Shown: positions 50,930 through 63,278 of the stretch, in pieces
Position numbering within the stretch: position 1 is the first letter of the stretch
Layout of the letters: each line of letters starts with the position of its first letter
Assembly: GCF_964194155.1 (NCBI RefSeq)
Contig: NW_027596303.1
Coordinates: 248,001-312,000 of the forward strand
Direction: 5' to 3'
Origin: Cetorhinus maximus
Lineage: Eukaryota
Length of the DNA: 64,000 bases
Program-made: the position numbers and the translations under genes
The notes under the pieces: model-generated
What the model saw: only the letters and a program-made list of their open reading frames with translations
Databases searched by the model: none
Told to the model about the DNA's origin: nothing

Positions 50930-51240
50930 CTGCTACAAGGGCAATATCCTTTAAAAATCCTAATCTTAACGTTACACAGGGACAATGTCTCTTTAAAAAT
51001 CCCAATCTTAACACTACACAGGGACAATGTCCCTTTAAAAATCCCAATCTTAACACTACACAGGGACATTGTCCCTGTAAAAATCCCAATCTTAACACCA
51101 CACAGGGACAAAGTTCTTATAAAAATCCTAATCTAAATGCTACATAGGGACAATGTCCCTTTAAAAATCCTAATCTTAATGCTACACAGGGACAATGTCC
51201 CTTTAAAAAGCCCAATCCCAGTGCCACACCAGGACAACAC
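50930..51240. repeat. 42-bp minisatellite (ACACAGGGACAATGTCCCTTTAAAAATCCCAATCTTAACACT)n, about 7 copies
   Basis: Direct tandem units, each with the palindrome AGGGACA-A-TGTCCCT. Confidence 0.93.
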
Positions 51241-52454
51241 GTTTCTCTTTTCTCAATCCTAAAATGGCTCAGTTTCAGGTGATTCACCTCAATGTGACTT
51301 TTCTATGCCACGCTTTGCAGCAAGCCTGATTCATCAGGAGCCACAGCTCCATTTTAAAATGGGCAATGGGCCAGAAGCAACATGAAGCTCAGGATAAAGC
51401 TCAGTGTGAATGAAAATCAGACAATGAAGCTGCAAGCGGAAAACTGTGTGTGTCAGATCAACATGATCTGTTGACTGACATGCTTCCTGCAAGCTGCTCT
51501 ATCTGCTCCAAGTGATGACATCTCCTTCTTTCCATTTTCACCACAGCCTCTGAAGAGTTGCCATGAAATCTGCACATGCACAGCCTCCAGTCAACAGAGT
51601 TGCCTTGACCTTTGTTATTTAGTTTGGGGAGTGTGACTGCTATGGTTAATAGTGGGTGATGAATGTCACCCTCCAGTGTGTCTCTGCTCAGAGTAATGCA
51701 CTCACACGTTCCATTAAAAGTTAATTCAGATCGCAGATTCAGTTTTCACATTCCCAGAAGTTAGAAATAATCACACTTTAGACTTAAAATGCTGGAGCTT
51801 TTCATTGAGTTATTGCTTGCATCCCTGCGTGTGACTGGTGGACTGATACATACTCGGCACTTGACACCAGTACAGCAGTAAAAGGTGCCATCCCGGATGT
51901 ACATTCTCATAACAATTAGTTCCCATTTCTTTACGAATAATATAACAACATAACATCCCTCTTCCCTTAAAAATTATACAATGCCTCTGCACAACTGTTC
52001 CGATCATTAACTTTTTTTGCAGAGCTAAGATAAAATAAAGCTCTATAAAATAAAATTCTAAGTGACTGTTGAAGACTTCACTATATTGAAAAAAACACTC
52101 CCATTCATAAAACCCATTCACTACATTTACATTCCTTGAACTAAGTAAAGCATTATAACAACAAACATTTCACTCAAATGCACAATCCCTTATTACAACA
52201 AACTTCGGAATTCATAGGACAGGATTTTGAGGTTGTCAGGCGGGTGGGAGTGGCCAGCAAACGGTCCGTCGACCACAATTAGGCCCCAGCCGCGACTTCA
52301 TACTGTCGGGCCAATTAAGGCCCACCAAGCATGAAATGCAGCTCGCCACTGGTCGGGAAGGGCCAAGCAGGAGCGGCTGTCTGTCCACCATCGGGTCCAA
52401 TGCTGGCCCTGTGGCCAGTTTAAAAAAGGCCCAGGCAACCCCTGAAAGGCTACC

Positions 52455-54298
52455 ATGGAAGAACGTCTCCTCTGTGTCTTCAACATTCAAGTTATGGAGT
52501 TGGGTGCAGCTGGAGATGCCAGGCGGGAGGGCAGGTCGGGTGGGCACTCGGCCTCCCGCTTTTCAGATGAGTGCCTCGTCGTCCTGCTGGAGGAGGTGTC
52601 TGCCAGGAGGGAAACCCTTGACCCCAAGAGGGCATGGGAGGAGGTGGCAGCACTGGTGAGCAGCCATGACGTGGTGTGGTACATATAGGTGCAGTGCCAG
52701 AAGCGCCTCAATGACCTGCTGCGCTCAGGAAGGGTGGGTACTGTGTTGGCATGAGTCAGTATGCAGAAGTGTTAAGGTGTGGCCGTCCCCCTATGGACCT
52801 CAGGGGTGCTAGAGTCTGAGTGCCAACTGTCAATCACACTGGAGGGGGTGAGCCCTGGCTGCTTGGGCTGTGTGCCTTGTGGCTCGAGGGTCATGACTCA
52901 GGTGTGCCCTGCAAGGTGCTCCACAGCTGGGGTTGGCCAGGCTGCAATGGCGCTGCAAGTAGAGGGTGGATTAATCAATGCTCCTCTGTCCTTTCAGGAG
53001 AAGACGAGCCATAACCAAGAGAAAGGGCACGTACAGGCGGAGCCCGTCCAACCGCTGCTGCTCAGCAGGTTCGAGCAGGATGCCCTTGAGCCGGAGAGCC
53101 GGCACACTCCCTTTGCAACCAGGCATGGAGAGGCCGGGGTGGCAGATGAAGGTAAGAGTGCAATGCACAGAGGTGAGCGTTTTGGATTGTGCAACCATTC
53201 TAGCGTAGTCTCTTCATCAATAGGAGCCTCGAACCTGGAGTCCCCATTGATCATTGATAGATGAGGGGTCCATGATGCAAATCTCCATTGTCTCACCAGG
53301 ATGCCTTTAAAGTGGTGATTTTAACTAATGACATGTCCTTCTTCTCCCTTAGACTCGCCAGCACGCACTCACTCTCTGGACCCCGAAGGGCCACCCCTGA
53401 CGCCGGAGGGCAGCCGGGCTTCACTTGCACCTGCGCCACACCTGCTCTCTGAAGCAAGCACCAACGCAGATACCAGCACCTCAATGGACATCAGAGTGGC
53501 GGCTAGTATCTTGGTGCACAGCGGTGAGGGCACTTCACACTCACTTGAGATGCTGGCAGAGGCAGGGACTGCTAAGGGTGCCGGCAGTCGGAGGACTGTT
53601 GGGGACCAGGACAATGCTCAGTCGATGGCTGATGATGAGCCTCTGGAGTTGTCCATTAGGTGGCAGATGGGAAGATCTGGTGGAGACCCATGAGGGTTTG
53701 TGTGCCATGGTCTCTGTTGTGGAGGAGTCCATGCGGAGCATAAGCACTGCGTTGACCCTCATGGCCGAGCGCACTGCCTCCTCCTTTGAGAGAGTGGCGA
53801 ATCTCGTGAAGAGGGAGCTCCAGGAACAGAATGGGGCTGCACTCGGACCTGCAAGCCCTCACACTGGCACTGACCTCAGGTGGTTAGAGTCAGTGTGGGA
53901 GATGGATGAGGCACCCAGTAACCCAGCTAGGTGCCCGTCCATCAATGGCGAGCTGGGAGATCCAGAGCGACCTCACGTTGACACACCAGTTGCTTGTCGT
54001 CTCTGCGGGTTCCTCTCAGGGTGTTCTGGATATTGGCACAGATCCTCCGCCCCTTTGCCAGTGACTGTCGCACCTGATGAGGCTGCTGCGACTACAGGGA
54101 TACCAGCCATGGCACTGGCCGCCCCCTCCCAGTCGGGGCCAGCACAGGCTCCACGGGCCAGAGGACGACTGCCAAGGTCATCAAGGCCAACAGGACATCA
54201 GAGTCAGAAGTCTGTCTCCAATGCCGGTGCCAGCAAGGAGGGGGGGCGGGGGGGCACCAAGACGTAGCAGTCGGAAACGTAAGTTAAAAGCACCATGA
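52455..54298 (+). pseudogene. Harbinger Myb/SANT-like (NAIF1-related) DNA-binding gene, three exons (52455-52733, 52998-53151, 53353-54298)
   Basis: RFSDE.L.VLLEEV..RR, AWEEVAA.VS and QCQKR.NDL trihelix motif; RERARTGG; canonical GT/AG sites; basic C-terminus RKRKLK. One stop and several frameshifts. Confidence 0.8.
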
Positions 54299-54559
54299 GC
54301 ACAAGAGGGACAGGTCACAGGTGATTTTCTGTTCATTTATGTTTGGTTTATCTTTACTGGTCTGGGAATGAAGACCAGAGAACATTATGTAAACTTTTTT
54401 GCATTGTCAAAATGAGATAAATTTTATTTTCATCATAATGGCCTGAGTGTGCGTCACCTTTTTATTTTCTTGGTACAGGGTATGCCAATATGTAATGCTG
54501 TATCTAAACTTTATTGCACAGGCACTGAGTGGACTTTGGGTTCAAATGAAAAGATCTAT

Positions 54560-55830
54560 TCAAATATCCAGGATGGAGGCGGCAACCCTGGCATGAGGTA
54601 GAAGGAGATCTTTGGCAGCCTCGCTGAAGGAGCGTTGGATCAAGGTGCCCCCGGTGTCCCTGCCTCCCTGGAGGTTACTGGGGTCTGCCTCCATGCCCTC
54701 AGTGTTCTCACCGTGCTCCTCTTCTGACTCACTACTGTGAGGCTCCTCTATGGCCTCTGCAGCTGCGTCAAGATCCTTTTCCTCCAGTGGGTCCTTACCA
54801 GTGTAAGGTTGAGGAAAGCGCAGCATGCAACCACTATCAGTGACACCCGCTCTGGGGAGTATTGTAGTGCACCCCCTGAACGGTCCAGGCATCGGAAGCG
54901 CATCTTGAGAAGACCGATGGTCCTCTCTACTACCGCCCTTGTGGAGGCATGACTCGTATTGTAACACTGCTCTGCCTCTATTTTTGGATGGCATGAGCCA
55001 CCTCTTCAACGGATAGCTCTTGTCACCCAGCAGCCATCAGTGCTGGAGCACTGAAGAGACTTGACACCTGGGAGCATCTCAGGATATAAGCGTCATGGGA
55101 GCTGCCTGGGTACCTTGCACAGACTTGCAGAATCTGCATCCTGTGATCACACACTATCTGCACGTTTATGGAGTGGAATCCCTTCCTGTTGACGAAGACA
55201 CCCGGCTGACCCGCTGGCGCCTTGATGGCCACATGTGTGCAGTCGATTGCACCCTGGACGTAGCGGAACACAGCTATTGCTGCAAAGCCTCTGGCTCGCT
55301 CTGCCTGGCTGGTCTCATCCGTACGGCAAAGAATAAAGGTCAGTACCCGCCTGAACACAGCTTCTGTCACCAGCTTGACGCAACTACGGCCAGCTGATTG
55401 GGAGACTCCACAAAGGTCCCCCTCTGACCCCTGGAAAGAGCCAAAGGCATAGAATTTGAGGGCCACTGTGACCTTCAGAGCCACTGGCATGGGGTGTCCA
55501 CCCACACAGTCGGAGATGATCTCAGGGCCAATCATCTGGCAAACGGAGGTCACAGTCTCCCTTGAGAGGCAGAGCCTCCTTCGGCATTGCGCCTCAGACA
55601 TGTTGAGGTAGCTGCATCGCCGCCTGTAAACCCTAGGAGCAGGATAGTGGCACTTCCTGCGGCCCCTTCCACCTTGGGCTTCCTGTTGGCCCTGCCCTTC
55701 TTATGCCTGCGCCTCTTCTCCCATAGGTCCCTCCCCTAGAAGCTGCATAGGGACAAGTGGCCTCCTCTTCCTTCTGCCCCTCTCTTCCTCCTCAGAGCAC
55801 TTGCCTCCAGCGGAGAGCACAATCCCCATT
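54560..55830 (-). pseudogene. Harbinger DDE transposase (HARBI1-like nuclease family)
   Basis: GSFQ...GDLCGVSQS, VQGAIDCTHVAIKAP, NRKGFHSINVQIVCD, YPGSSHDAYIL, DK.YPL..WLM and FRCLD..GG.LQY.P; frameshifts near 55020 and 54900. Confidence 0.92.
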
Positions 55831-57721
55831 ACCAGGGTAACGGAAGGCTGTCTGATACCTGGAAGGATCCACACGGCCTGAATTCTCCGGGGTCCTTGGA
55901 GACACCATGGAGTCCTGAAATGAAGCCTGGAAATAATAAGAATGAAGCTCCGAACAGAGATGAAGCTGCCAAGTACCAATAAGTCACCAGCAACAAACTA
56001 TGTACCAAACTCCCCACTACTGACACTGGCAATGCTGCTCACCCCTTTTATCCTGCCCGTGGGTGAGGTTCTTGAAAATGTCGGCTGGCCGTCTGTGCGT
56101 TTTTCCCATGCGACGAGCACGAAATCGCACAGGCAATGAAAAATCGCCATCAATTGGTTTTTTAATGGCTTTAAGTGGCCTGTTAATTAATGGCAGGTGC
56201 GGCTCCAGCACCTGCTCATGCCCGCCAACCGAAATATCGTGCGAGTGCGCAATGACGTCGGGATGCTCGCCCATCATTGTGGGCTATTTTACGTGCCCGA
56301 TCAGGTCAGGTGCGCGCCCGCCCACGGGATGTAAAATTCTGCCCTTAGTCCCATGTTAAAGATCTATAATCACTTGTAGCTGTCAATCAAACTGAAACAG
56401 CAGGCACCCCACTGTGATAATGGATGGCAATGAAATCAGTCATGCAGCACTAATCCAATAATGGCGACCCTCAAGTTTATGTCAAAAGACAGGGTGAAAT
56501 AGCAAGCAATCATTTCTTTGTAACACTTCAGATATTTTTTCAAAGATTTAAATGACAGCTCCCTTTGACAGGTGCTTTTGACGGCATTGAGTTAATTTTG
56601 ACACGTCTGTTGACAGTTCCAATAAGCTTGACAGTAATGAGTTTATGCACTTTTTACACACATTCATGCCTAATATTAACACTTCCAAAAGGCATCTGAC
56701 CTATCCCAATGGGCAACTGACCTCCACCAAAGAGCACATTACCTCCCCCAAAGGTATCCTGGGACCAGATCCAAAGAGGTACCTTAAGGTCCCCTCTCTG
56801 AAGGCTATCCAAACAAATCCACCAAGTTAAGATTTGCTCTTACCTGGTCTAACCTGCACATGTTGGGCTTTACACTCCTGGCCTACCAAAATTGCACTTC
56901 AATGGAGGCAGCTGATGATTTAAATCGCCAGCTGCCTTCATAAACCTCAGATGCATGCATTCATCCCACCCCCTGAAAACAGTGAGTGCTGTGTTCGGGG
57001 TTGGAAGTTCAGATTTTCAGGGTTTTTCGTTATTTTTGCCTCAACAGAGAGCCATGTTGTGTCACTTGCTGGTGACGTTGTTGATGTCGTACTGCTTGTT
57101 GGTGATGCTGCTAGTTCTGTTAATAATCTTTTCTGTTTTTCCAGCTCAGGAGCAGGTTGAATATAAACTCTGTTCCTCATTTGCTGACTGGTGTCGGTCT
57201 CAATGTTGTTTGACCTTGGAATCTCAGCTTCACCAACAACTTTTGCTGGGTTCTAGGTTTTCATGATTGGTTCATGTACAATTTGTCCTTTCAACAACTC
57301 AGGCAGGGATTTAGCTGAAGTGCTGACCTCCTTCTACCTGTGCATCTGTGAGTTGTTGTCTTACTTCATCCTGGTCTCTTGGAGGGAGTATCTCGCTTGG
57401 CAGTGTCACACTTTCTCCCATTCAACAGCTCTGAAGGCGATTTCATGTCAGTCTTGAGGGATGTAGATCGGAGTGACAATAAGGTTTGGGTCTTCCTTTG
57501 TCTCTCGGCATTTTGTGAGGGTGCTCTTGACCATCTGGATATACATTTCTATAAAACCCTGTCCCATTGGTAATGTGATGTTGATGTTGATGTTGAAGCC
57601 ATACTGTTCAGCGAATTCTCTGGAGATGAATCGGGTTCCATTATCACATATCACTCTTTCAGGAGCCCCTTGCTCAGCGAACAGAATTCTTACTGCTGAG
57701 ATGATTGTTGTAGCTCTCAAA

Positions 57722-57843
57722 TAGAACCATAGAACCATAGGCAAGTTACAGCACAGAAGGAAGCCATTCGGCCCATCTTGTCCATGCCAGCCTGAGGACA
57801 CCCAGGTGCCCTCTCTAATCCCACCTTCCTGCACCCAGCTCAT
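57722..57843 (-). mobile_element. CR1 3' tail inserted in the Gypsy-2 integrase
   Basis: (TAGAACCA)n tail; near-identical to the nested tail at 41805-41879. Confidence 0.8.
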
Positions 57844-58155
57844 AGCCAGAAATCTTTCACTTTTGGATAAAAGGGAACTTTTAGTAGCAGTCTGTAACTA
57901 TGAGATACCATTCTTGTTTGTATGTGAATAAGTCAGCTCCCAAAGTATGCAATGATCTGGGTGGCACTTCGGTAGCTATCACCTCCTCTTCGTGCTGTGT
58001 ACTTCCATATTTCTGACATCCAGGCACCATTCTTTTGATGTCTTTGTAGATGTCTATCCAGTACACAGCTTCTCTGGCTCTGAACTTACGTTTCTCCATT
58101 CCCATGTGACCTTCTTGTATCTTCTGGAGAAGTTCTTTCTGCATCATTTTGGGTA

Positions 58156-59121
58156 TGTTACGAGCCTTGGTCAGATCCTGGGACATGGGGAGAAGTCTGG
58201 TTAGGGACCAATAATGTTTTATTTAAAGTGGATAAAGGTTGAGATTCAAGACACCTGCTTTTGGAATAAAGCCGCAAGATTCTATGGGTTTTGAACAAAC
58301 AAAAATAAATTTTACTATACAAGATCAGAAAGTTAAAACAATTTACAATATCTATCTTACACTCTAAAGTTCAGGGTAAATATGAGTTACTTGTGAATTA
58401 ACAAGCAAACTGTGGTTGAACACGCCACACTACAGAGTAAATGACAGATGTAACCAAGACAGAGTCCATGGATTTCTCAAGAGCCCACTTAGACATCAGT
58501 AAACACCAAGTCAAGCAATCTCGTTGAAACCCTGTCTCACGCGGGATTCCCAATTTCACCTTCAAAGATTTCTCCTTTGAATTCTCTCCAAAAGTGGATG
58601 GAGTCACTCAGATGGCTTTAACAAGAGCCCACCTCACATGGTTTCAATCTAGCCTTCCAAGATTCCTTCTCCCTGGATTCCTGAGTATACTCAAACACTA
58701 GCTTACAAGCACACTTTCAGATCTATGGCCATGTCAAGCAGAATACCACTGTTCCAAAGGGATACCTTTGCGCCAATAGCCCTCTTTATTTAAAGTCTGC
58801 TCCGCTTGGCTCTTTCTTTAAATTGGAGTCTGTTTCTCTGCTCCTTTCTTTTAGCTTAACTGGGACCTGTTTCTGTCCCTTTTGTCTTTGTGATTTTTGT
58901 TGGCTGGCAGGCTGCCTCAAACTGATTGCCTCTAGAAGAGCTGTTTACTGACCCCTGAACCGAACTGGTGACCTATCAAAACACTCCAAGAGGGTCCCAC
59001 CCTTGTTACTAGGCAGGAACCAATGTAACAAGCATTGGAACATTCTGTTAACCTTAAATGTTACAATCTCCACAGACTGCTGATTTATCATCCATGGACA
59101 CAAAGATCAATGGATTTCACA
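58156..59121 (-). mobile_element. About 0.97-kb solo-LTR-like insertion in the Gypsy-2 integrase
   Basis: TG...CA ends (TGTTACGA / TTTCACA). Splits the host motif EDGVLL..KI|IPK.MQKELL. TSD not resolved. Confidence 0.65.
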
Positions 59122-61189
59122 ATTATTTTGGATCTAGCAACAGAACACCATCCTCTAGTGAGGTGACATCTCTGATATATTAAGACTGCTGTATTGCTGG
59201 CTGTGTTTGCTGTATCTTATCAGGCCATCCTAGGATCATCTGCTGAGAGAGCATCTGTAACTCATTGTCTTTGCTGGCCTCATCTCAGTTTTAGTGGTGT
59301 TATGTTCACTATGAACTAATGAATCTTTACACCTAGATCTTTTATCTCATGGTTTACTGAGATAAACTGGATCACTTCGCAACTGCTCAACTCCAGGATA
59401 GCAAGACCATCTGTTAAGTGACATAAAACATACAGTTAACATTTTTTCCTTTGTGTATCCCTCTGATTTGGCTTGTGCCAAGCTGTTGAATCTCAGTTCC
59501 TCCATATGCTGTTAGCATGACATTACTCGGTTTCAAAGCATCTTTCCTTGTGTAACCATTTTCTTCCAAATTTTCAGGAAAGATCTTCTAGTATAGCCTG
59601 AGTGGGACGATGTTACTCTGTGCTCTAGTGTCAAGCTTCAGCTTCAGATTTATGGTTGTGGGCTTATTTCTCACCTATTTCCTGATCTGAAAGGCTGTGT
59701 GAATTTCTTTTCTCTGGGAACAGTCACTTCCAGACATTTCATACAGTTGTACGGTCCCCGAGCCTATTTTGTTTTCAAACTCATTTTCATCTTTCAGGGT
59801 ATGGATGATTTGATTTCTTTTACTTTTCATTCTCCCTGTTGTTCTGACTCTGATAACTCGTTTACCACCTTTTTTCTTTGTTGTGCACATCTTTTCCCAG
59901 TGATTGGCCTTTCCACAAACTCTGCAGTTTGGTCCATATGCGGGACATTTCCTTCTGTCTGCGAATCCATGTGGTGGTCCACCACTCCTGCACCTCTTTC
60001 TCTCAGTCTGGTGTGCTTTCATTTGTTGCTGTTTCACTGCATCAACCCTGCTACCTTTCCCTTGACTTAACTAAAAGCTGGCTGTTTGGGTAATCAGCAT
60101 CTTCATCTGCCTACTTGTGGTTTCATATGCTCTGAGAGTGTCTACAGCCTGCGATATTAAGAGTTTGTCCTTTCCAATCAATTCTTTTTGTGCTTCTGGG
60201 TGTGTAGAACCCAAATGAGCTGATCTTTCATCTGTGTCCTTAAATCTTGTTATGGAATTGTCAACAGGCTCACCTGATTCCTGCCTCAGGCCTTGGCATT
60301 CATATTGGGTTGATCCAATGATTTTACTTTAACTGGGTATGTGTGCTGAATTTTTCAAAAACTTTGTCTGGGCTTTGTTGTCGTCTTCACTTAGCTTCCA
60401 GCTATTAAACAAATTTAACCCTTTCCTTCCTGCCCACAAAAGGATGTAGCTGACCCTTTCCTTTTCACTAGTGCCTTTTAGAAAGCTATTGAATGCCAGT
60501 CTGCACTTTTGTTTAAACTTCTCCGATGTCTCTATGGCATAATCAATCCCAATTCATCATGTGCTGTAGCTGTGCATTCATTTCTGTGGTGACAGCCATT
60601 TTTGTTTTTTGCACAATTCACTCAGCCTTTCTCTCTCTCTTTCTGGCACTAATTTGGGTTGGTTTTTCAATCTAATTCAACATTAAATTTGCTTAAAATG
60701 TTTGGGTTTTTACTCACAGACAACTGCTGCCACAACGTTATGTCTTCTGGTTCCCATAAGTTAAAAATAATTGTACTTCAGACTCAAAGTACTGGAGCTT
60801 CATTGAGTGTATTTGTGCATCTCTCCATGTGACTGGTAGACTGATACATTGTCACTGGGCACATGATTGCAGTGTAACAGGAAAATGTATTCATAACAAT
60901 TAGTTCCTATTTCTTTACAAATACTATAACAATATAACAGTCAGCTTTTGGAAATATAAGGTTGGCCAAGCATTAAGAGATGCTTGTAGCATCTAGTAGC
61001 ACCGTTGGCTACTGAAACACAAAGAAGTAGGATGTAGGGTTACACCACATGATCCTTCACACAGAGTGTTCTCGTCTTAAGTGCATCCATTTGTACTGCA
61101 GTTAGCATGAGATCCTCCCCAGGGGTGGGCAACATCTTGTCAAATGCACAATGGATGTTTGACCATGAGGAGTCTGATCCTGACTCATT

Positions 61190-61882
61190 GGGCTGAATCT
61201 TCTGGCTGACGTGCGGGTGGCGGAGCCCGCAAGTCAGCGCTTAAAATGTCGTGTGAGCGTCCCGATGTCAGCGCGTGGCATCGCGATGTTTCGGTGCGCT
61301 ATGCAGCAGGACACATGCCCGCCATTAATTAAAGGCCTTGTTAAGGCCATTAAGTCACCAATCGACCAGGATTTTGAGGGGCCCGTGCAAACTTCGGCTA
61401 AGCGCACGGGCCCAATGGGCAGGTGCGTAAGTGATTTTTTATCAAACCTCATCCAGTGGCGGGATGAGGTTTGATATTGGAATTAAAAAAGTGTAATAAA
61501 GTTTTTGTGTATTTCATTAACATGTCCCATCTCGTGTGACATTTTCACATGAGGGGGACATGTTAATAATTTTTTAATTTTCCTATTTTTAGTGTTTTAC
61601 AGACTTTCAGCGATCTCCCTGAGGCAGCACTCAGCCTCAGGGAGATATGCGCTCTCTCGCGCACTTGCGCAAAAGAGCGCACTCTCGCAGTTGGGGAATC
61701 CCCCCCCCCCCCGCCCACACAGGGAGCGTATAGCGCTTCCCGTTGGGCATCACGCTGGGCAGGCCTTAATTGGCCCACCCACTTAAAGTGTCGGCGGGGC
61801 CCGTTTCAGCGGCAGCGATTGGCTGCCCGGCCGCCGCCAAGTCAATCGGGCCTGCCTGCCCATCAAGGGCAAAATTCTGCCC
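61190..61882. mobile_element. Harbinger-family MITE (copy E)
   Basis: TIR GGGCTGAATCTT/AAAATTCTGCCC, TSD ATT/ATT; internal CTCCCTGAGGCAGC block shared with copies A and C. Confidence 0.88.
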
Positions 61883-62502
61883 ATTAAAGTCAGCCATTTA
61901 ACACAATGAAGTTTTCGATTTGATCCGTGTGTACTGCTACAGTAAAAGTGGTTGTGTCCTTTTGCCCCTCCCTTACCCACTGTCTCTGATCCGGGATACT
62001 GAAATCTGCACATGATGATCTCATTGTGAATTTCTGCCAGACTTATCAATCAATAATTGTTGCATTGTTACTTCAGTCTCCTCACACCATTGGAAAATGG
62101 AGCAGTTAAGTCGGGGTGTGATCACTTTTGACATCAAAGGCAATTCTGAGATTTGGACCAAGGACACACATAACCCATGCCATGAGGAACCTAATGGTTA
62201 TGCCTATGTGAGTGCATGAAAAGGTTAACCCCATCCTCCAAGGGTGTCCAGTTGCTAGTTGCACCTGAAATGAGACAGAGAGAAGGGTTTGTTCTTTGGC
62301 TGCCCCTGTCTATTAGTAAACAGCAATCACAAGGTTAACACCTTCTCTTGTCAGCAGCATAGTAAATGAATGTTTATAACTTGGAATAAAAGCGACACTC
62401 TTCTGACAGGCCGTGAAAAGCAACAACAAAATAGTGCCCTATGTGGCTTCTCAGCCTGTCCCTGCTCCCCCTGCCCCCGTTCCTGCTCACAGCAAAACAT
62501 TA

Positions 62503-62516
62503 CTGCCATCTGCTGG
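62503..62516 (-). promoter_or_regulatory. CTCF-like motif
   Basis: Minus strand CCAGCAGATGGCAG fits the CCASYAGRKGGCRS consensus, in unique sequence. Confidence 0.45.
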
Positions 62517-62839
62517 CTATAATTACTCATTACTAACATCACCGAAAAAGAAGCACAAAATAATCTTCAATTTCATCCACTTGCTTCACAGGACTGTTTT
62601 GGCTTTGCTCCCACTTGATTGAAGCCTCAGTGTGCAGCCTGGAAACTTTAAAAACCTAACATGAATGCCCCATCCACTCTCTTCCAGAACTCAGAATTAA
62701 TGAGTGACCAGAGTTGAGTGCATGCGTGTACCTCTTTGCTGCTAGGCAGCAAGTAATGTATAGCAATACTTTAACATTGGCCTGTCAGCATCATATATAC
62801 AGGTATTAACCCACAACAGGTACCTGTTCTACAATGATG

Positions 62840-63272
62840 GGGAGAGGCGTTGACATAGTGGTATTGTCACTGGGCTAGTAATCCAGAGACCCAGGGTAAT
62901 GCTCTGGGGACCAGGGTTTGAATCCTGCCACAGCAGATGGTGGGATTTGAATTCAATAAAAATCTGGAATTAAAAGTCAAATGACGACCATCATAAAAAC
63001 CCATTTGGTTCACTAATGTCCTTTAGGGAAGGAAATCTGCTGTCCTCACCTGGTCTGGCAATGTTGTTGACCCTTAAATGCCCTTTGAAATGGCCTAGCA
63101 AGCCCCTGAATTGTAGCAAGCTGCTAGAAAGTCAATAAGGAATGAAGTGTACCTACACCACATGGACTGCAGCAAATCAAGAAGGCAGTTCACCACTACC
63201 CTCTCAAGGGCAATTAGGGATGTGCAATAAATGTTGGCCTAGCAAGTGACATCACAACCCACATTTAAAAAA
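62840..63272 (+). mobile_element. tRNA-derived SINE with LINE-B tail
   Basis: A box TGACATAGTGG and B box GGTTTGAATCC; tail includes about 125 bp of LINE-B 3' sequence. Confidence 0.8.
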
Positions 63273-63278
63273 TGATAC

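Larger units (their letters stand above)
52217..56344. mobile_element. Full-length two-gene PIF/Harbinger DNA transposon (decayed)
   Basis: TIR GGACAGGATTTT/AAAATTCTGCCC, 3-bp flanks ATA/TTA; convergent Myb/SANT-like and transposase genes. Confidence 0.92.
51736..60939 (-). mobile_element. Ty3/Gypsy LTR retrotransposon ('Gypsy-2'), internally deleted and heavily nested
   Basis: 5' LTR at 60736-60939 and homologous 3' LTR at about 51736-51955. PPT at 51956-51968; degenerate tRNA-Leu-type PBS (TTGTGGCAGCAG) at 60724-60735. Gag, CPAYG..C..CGK.NH knuckle, protease KLDT.A and integrase (GHMG..K...RARE.VYW, GADLF, ICDNG) are present. Confidence 0.85.

Noticed and set aside
54560-55830. Host HARBI1 gene
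   Set aside because: Frameshifted, bounded by TIRs, paired with a Myb gene and nested in an LTR element, so it is a transposon copy.
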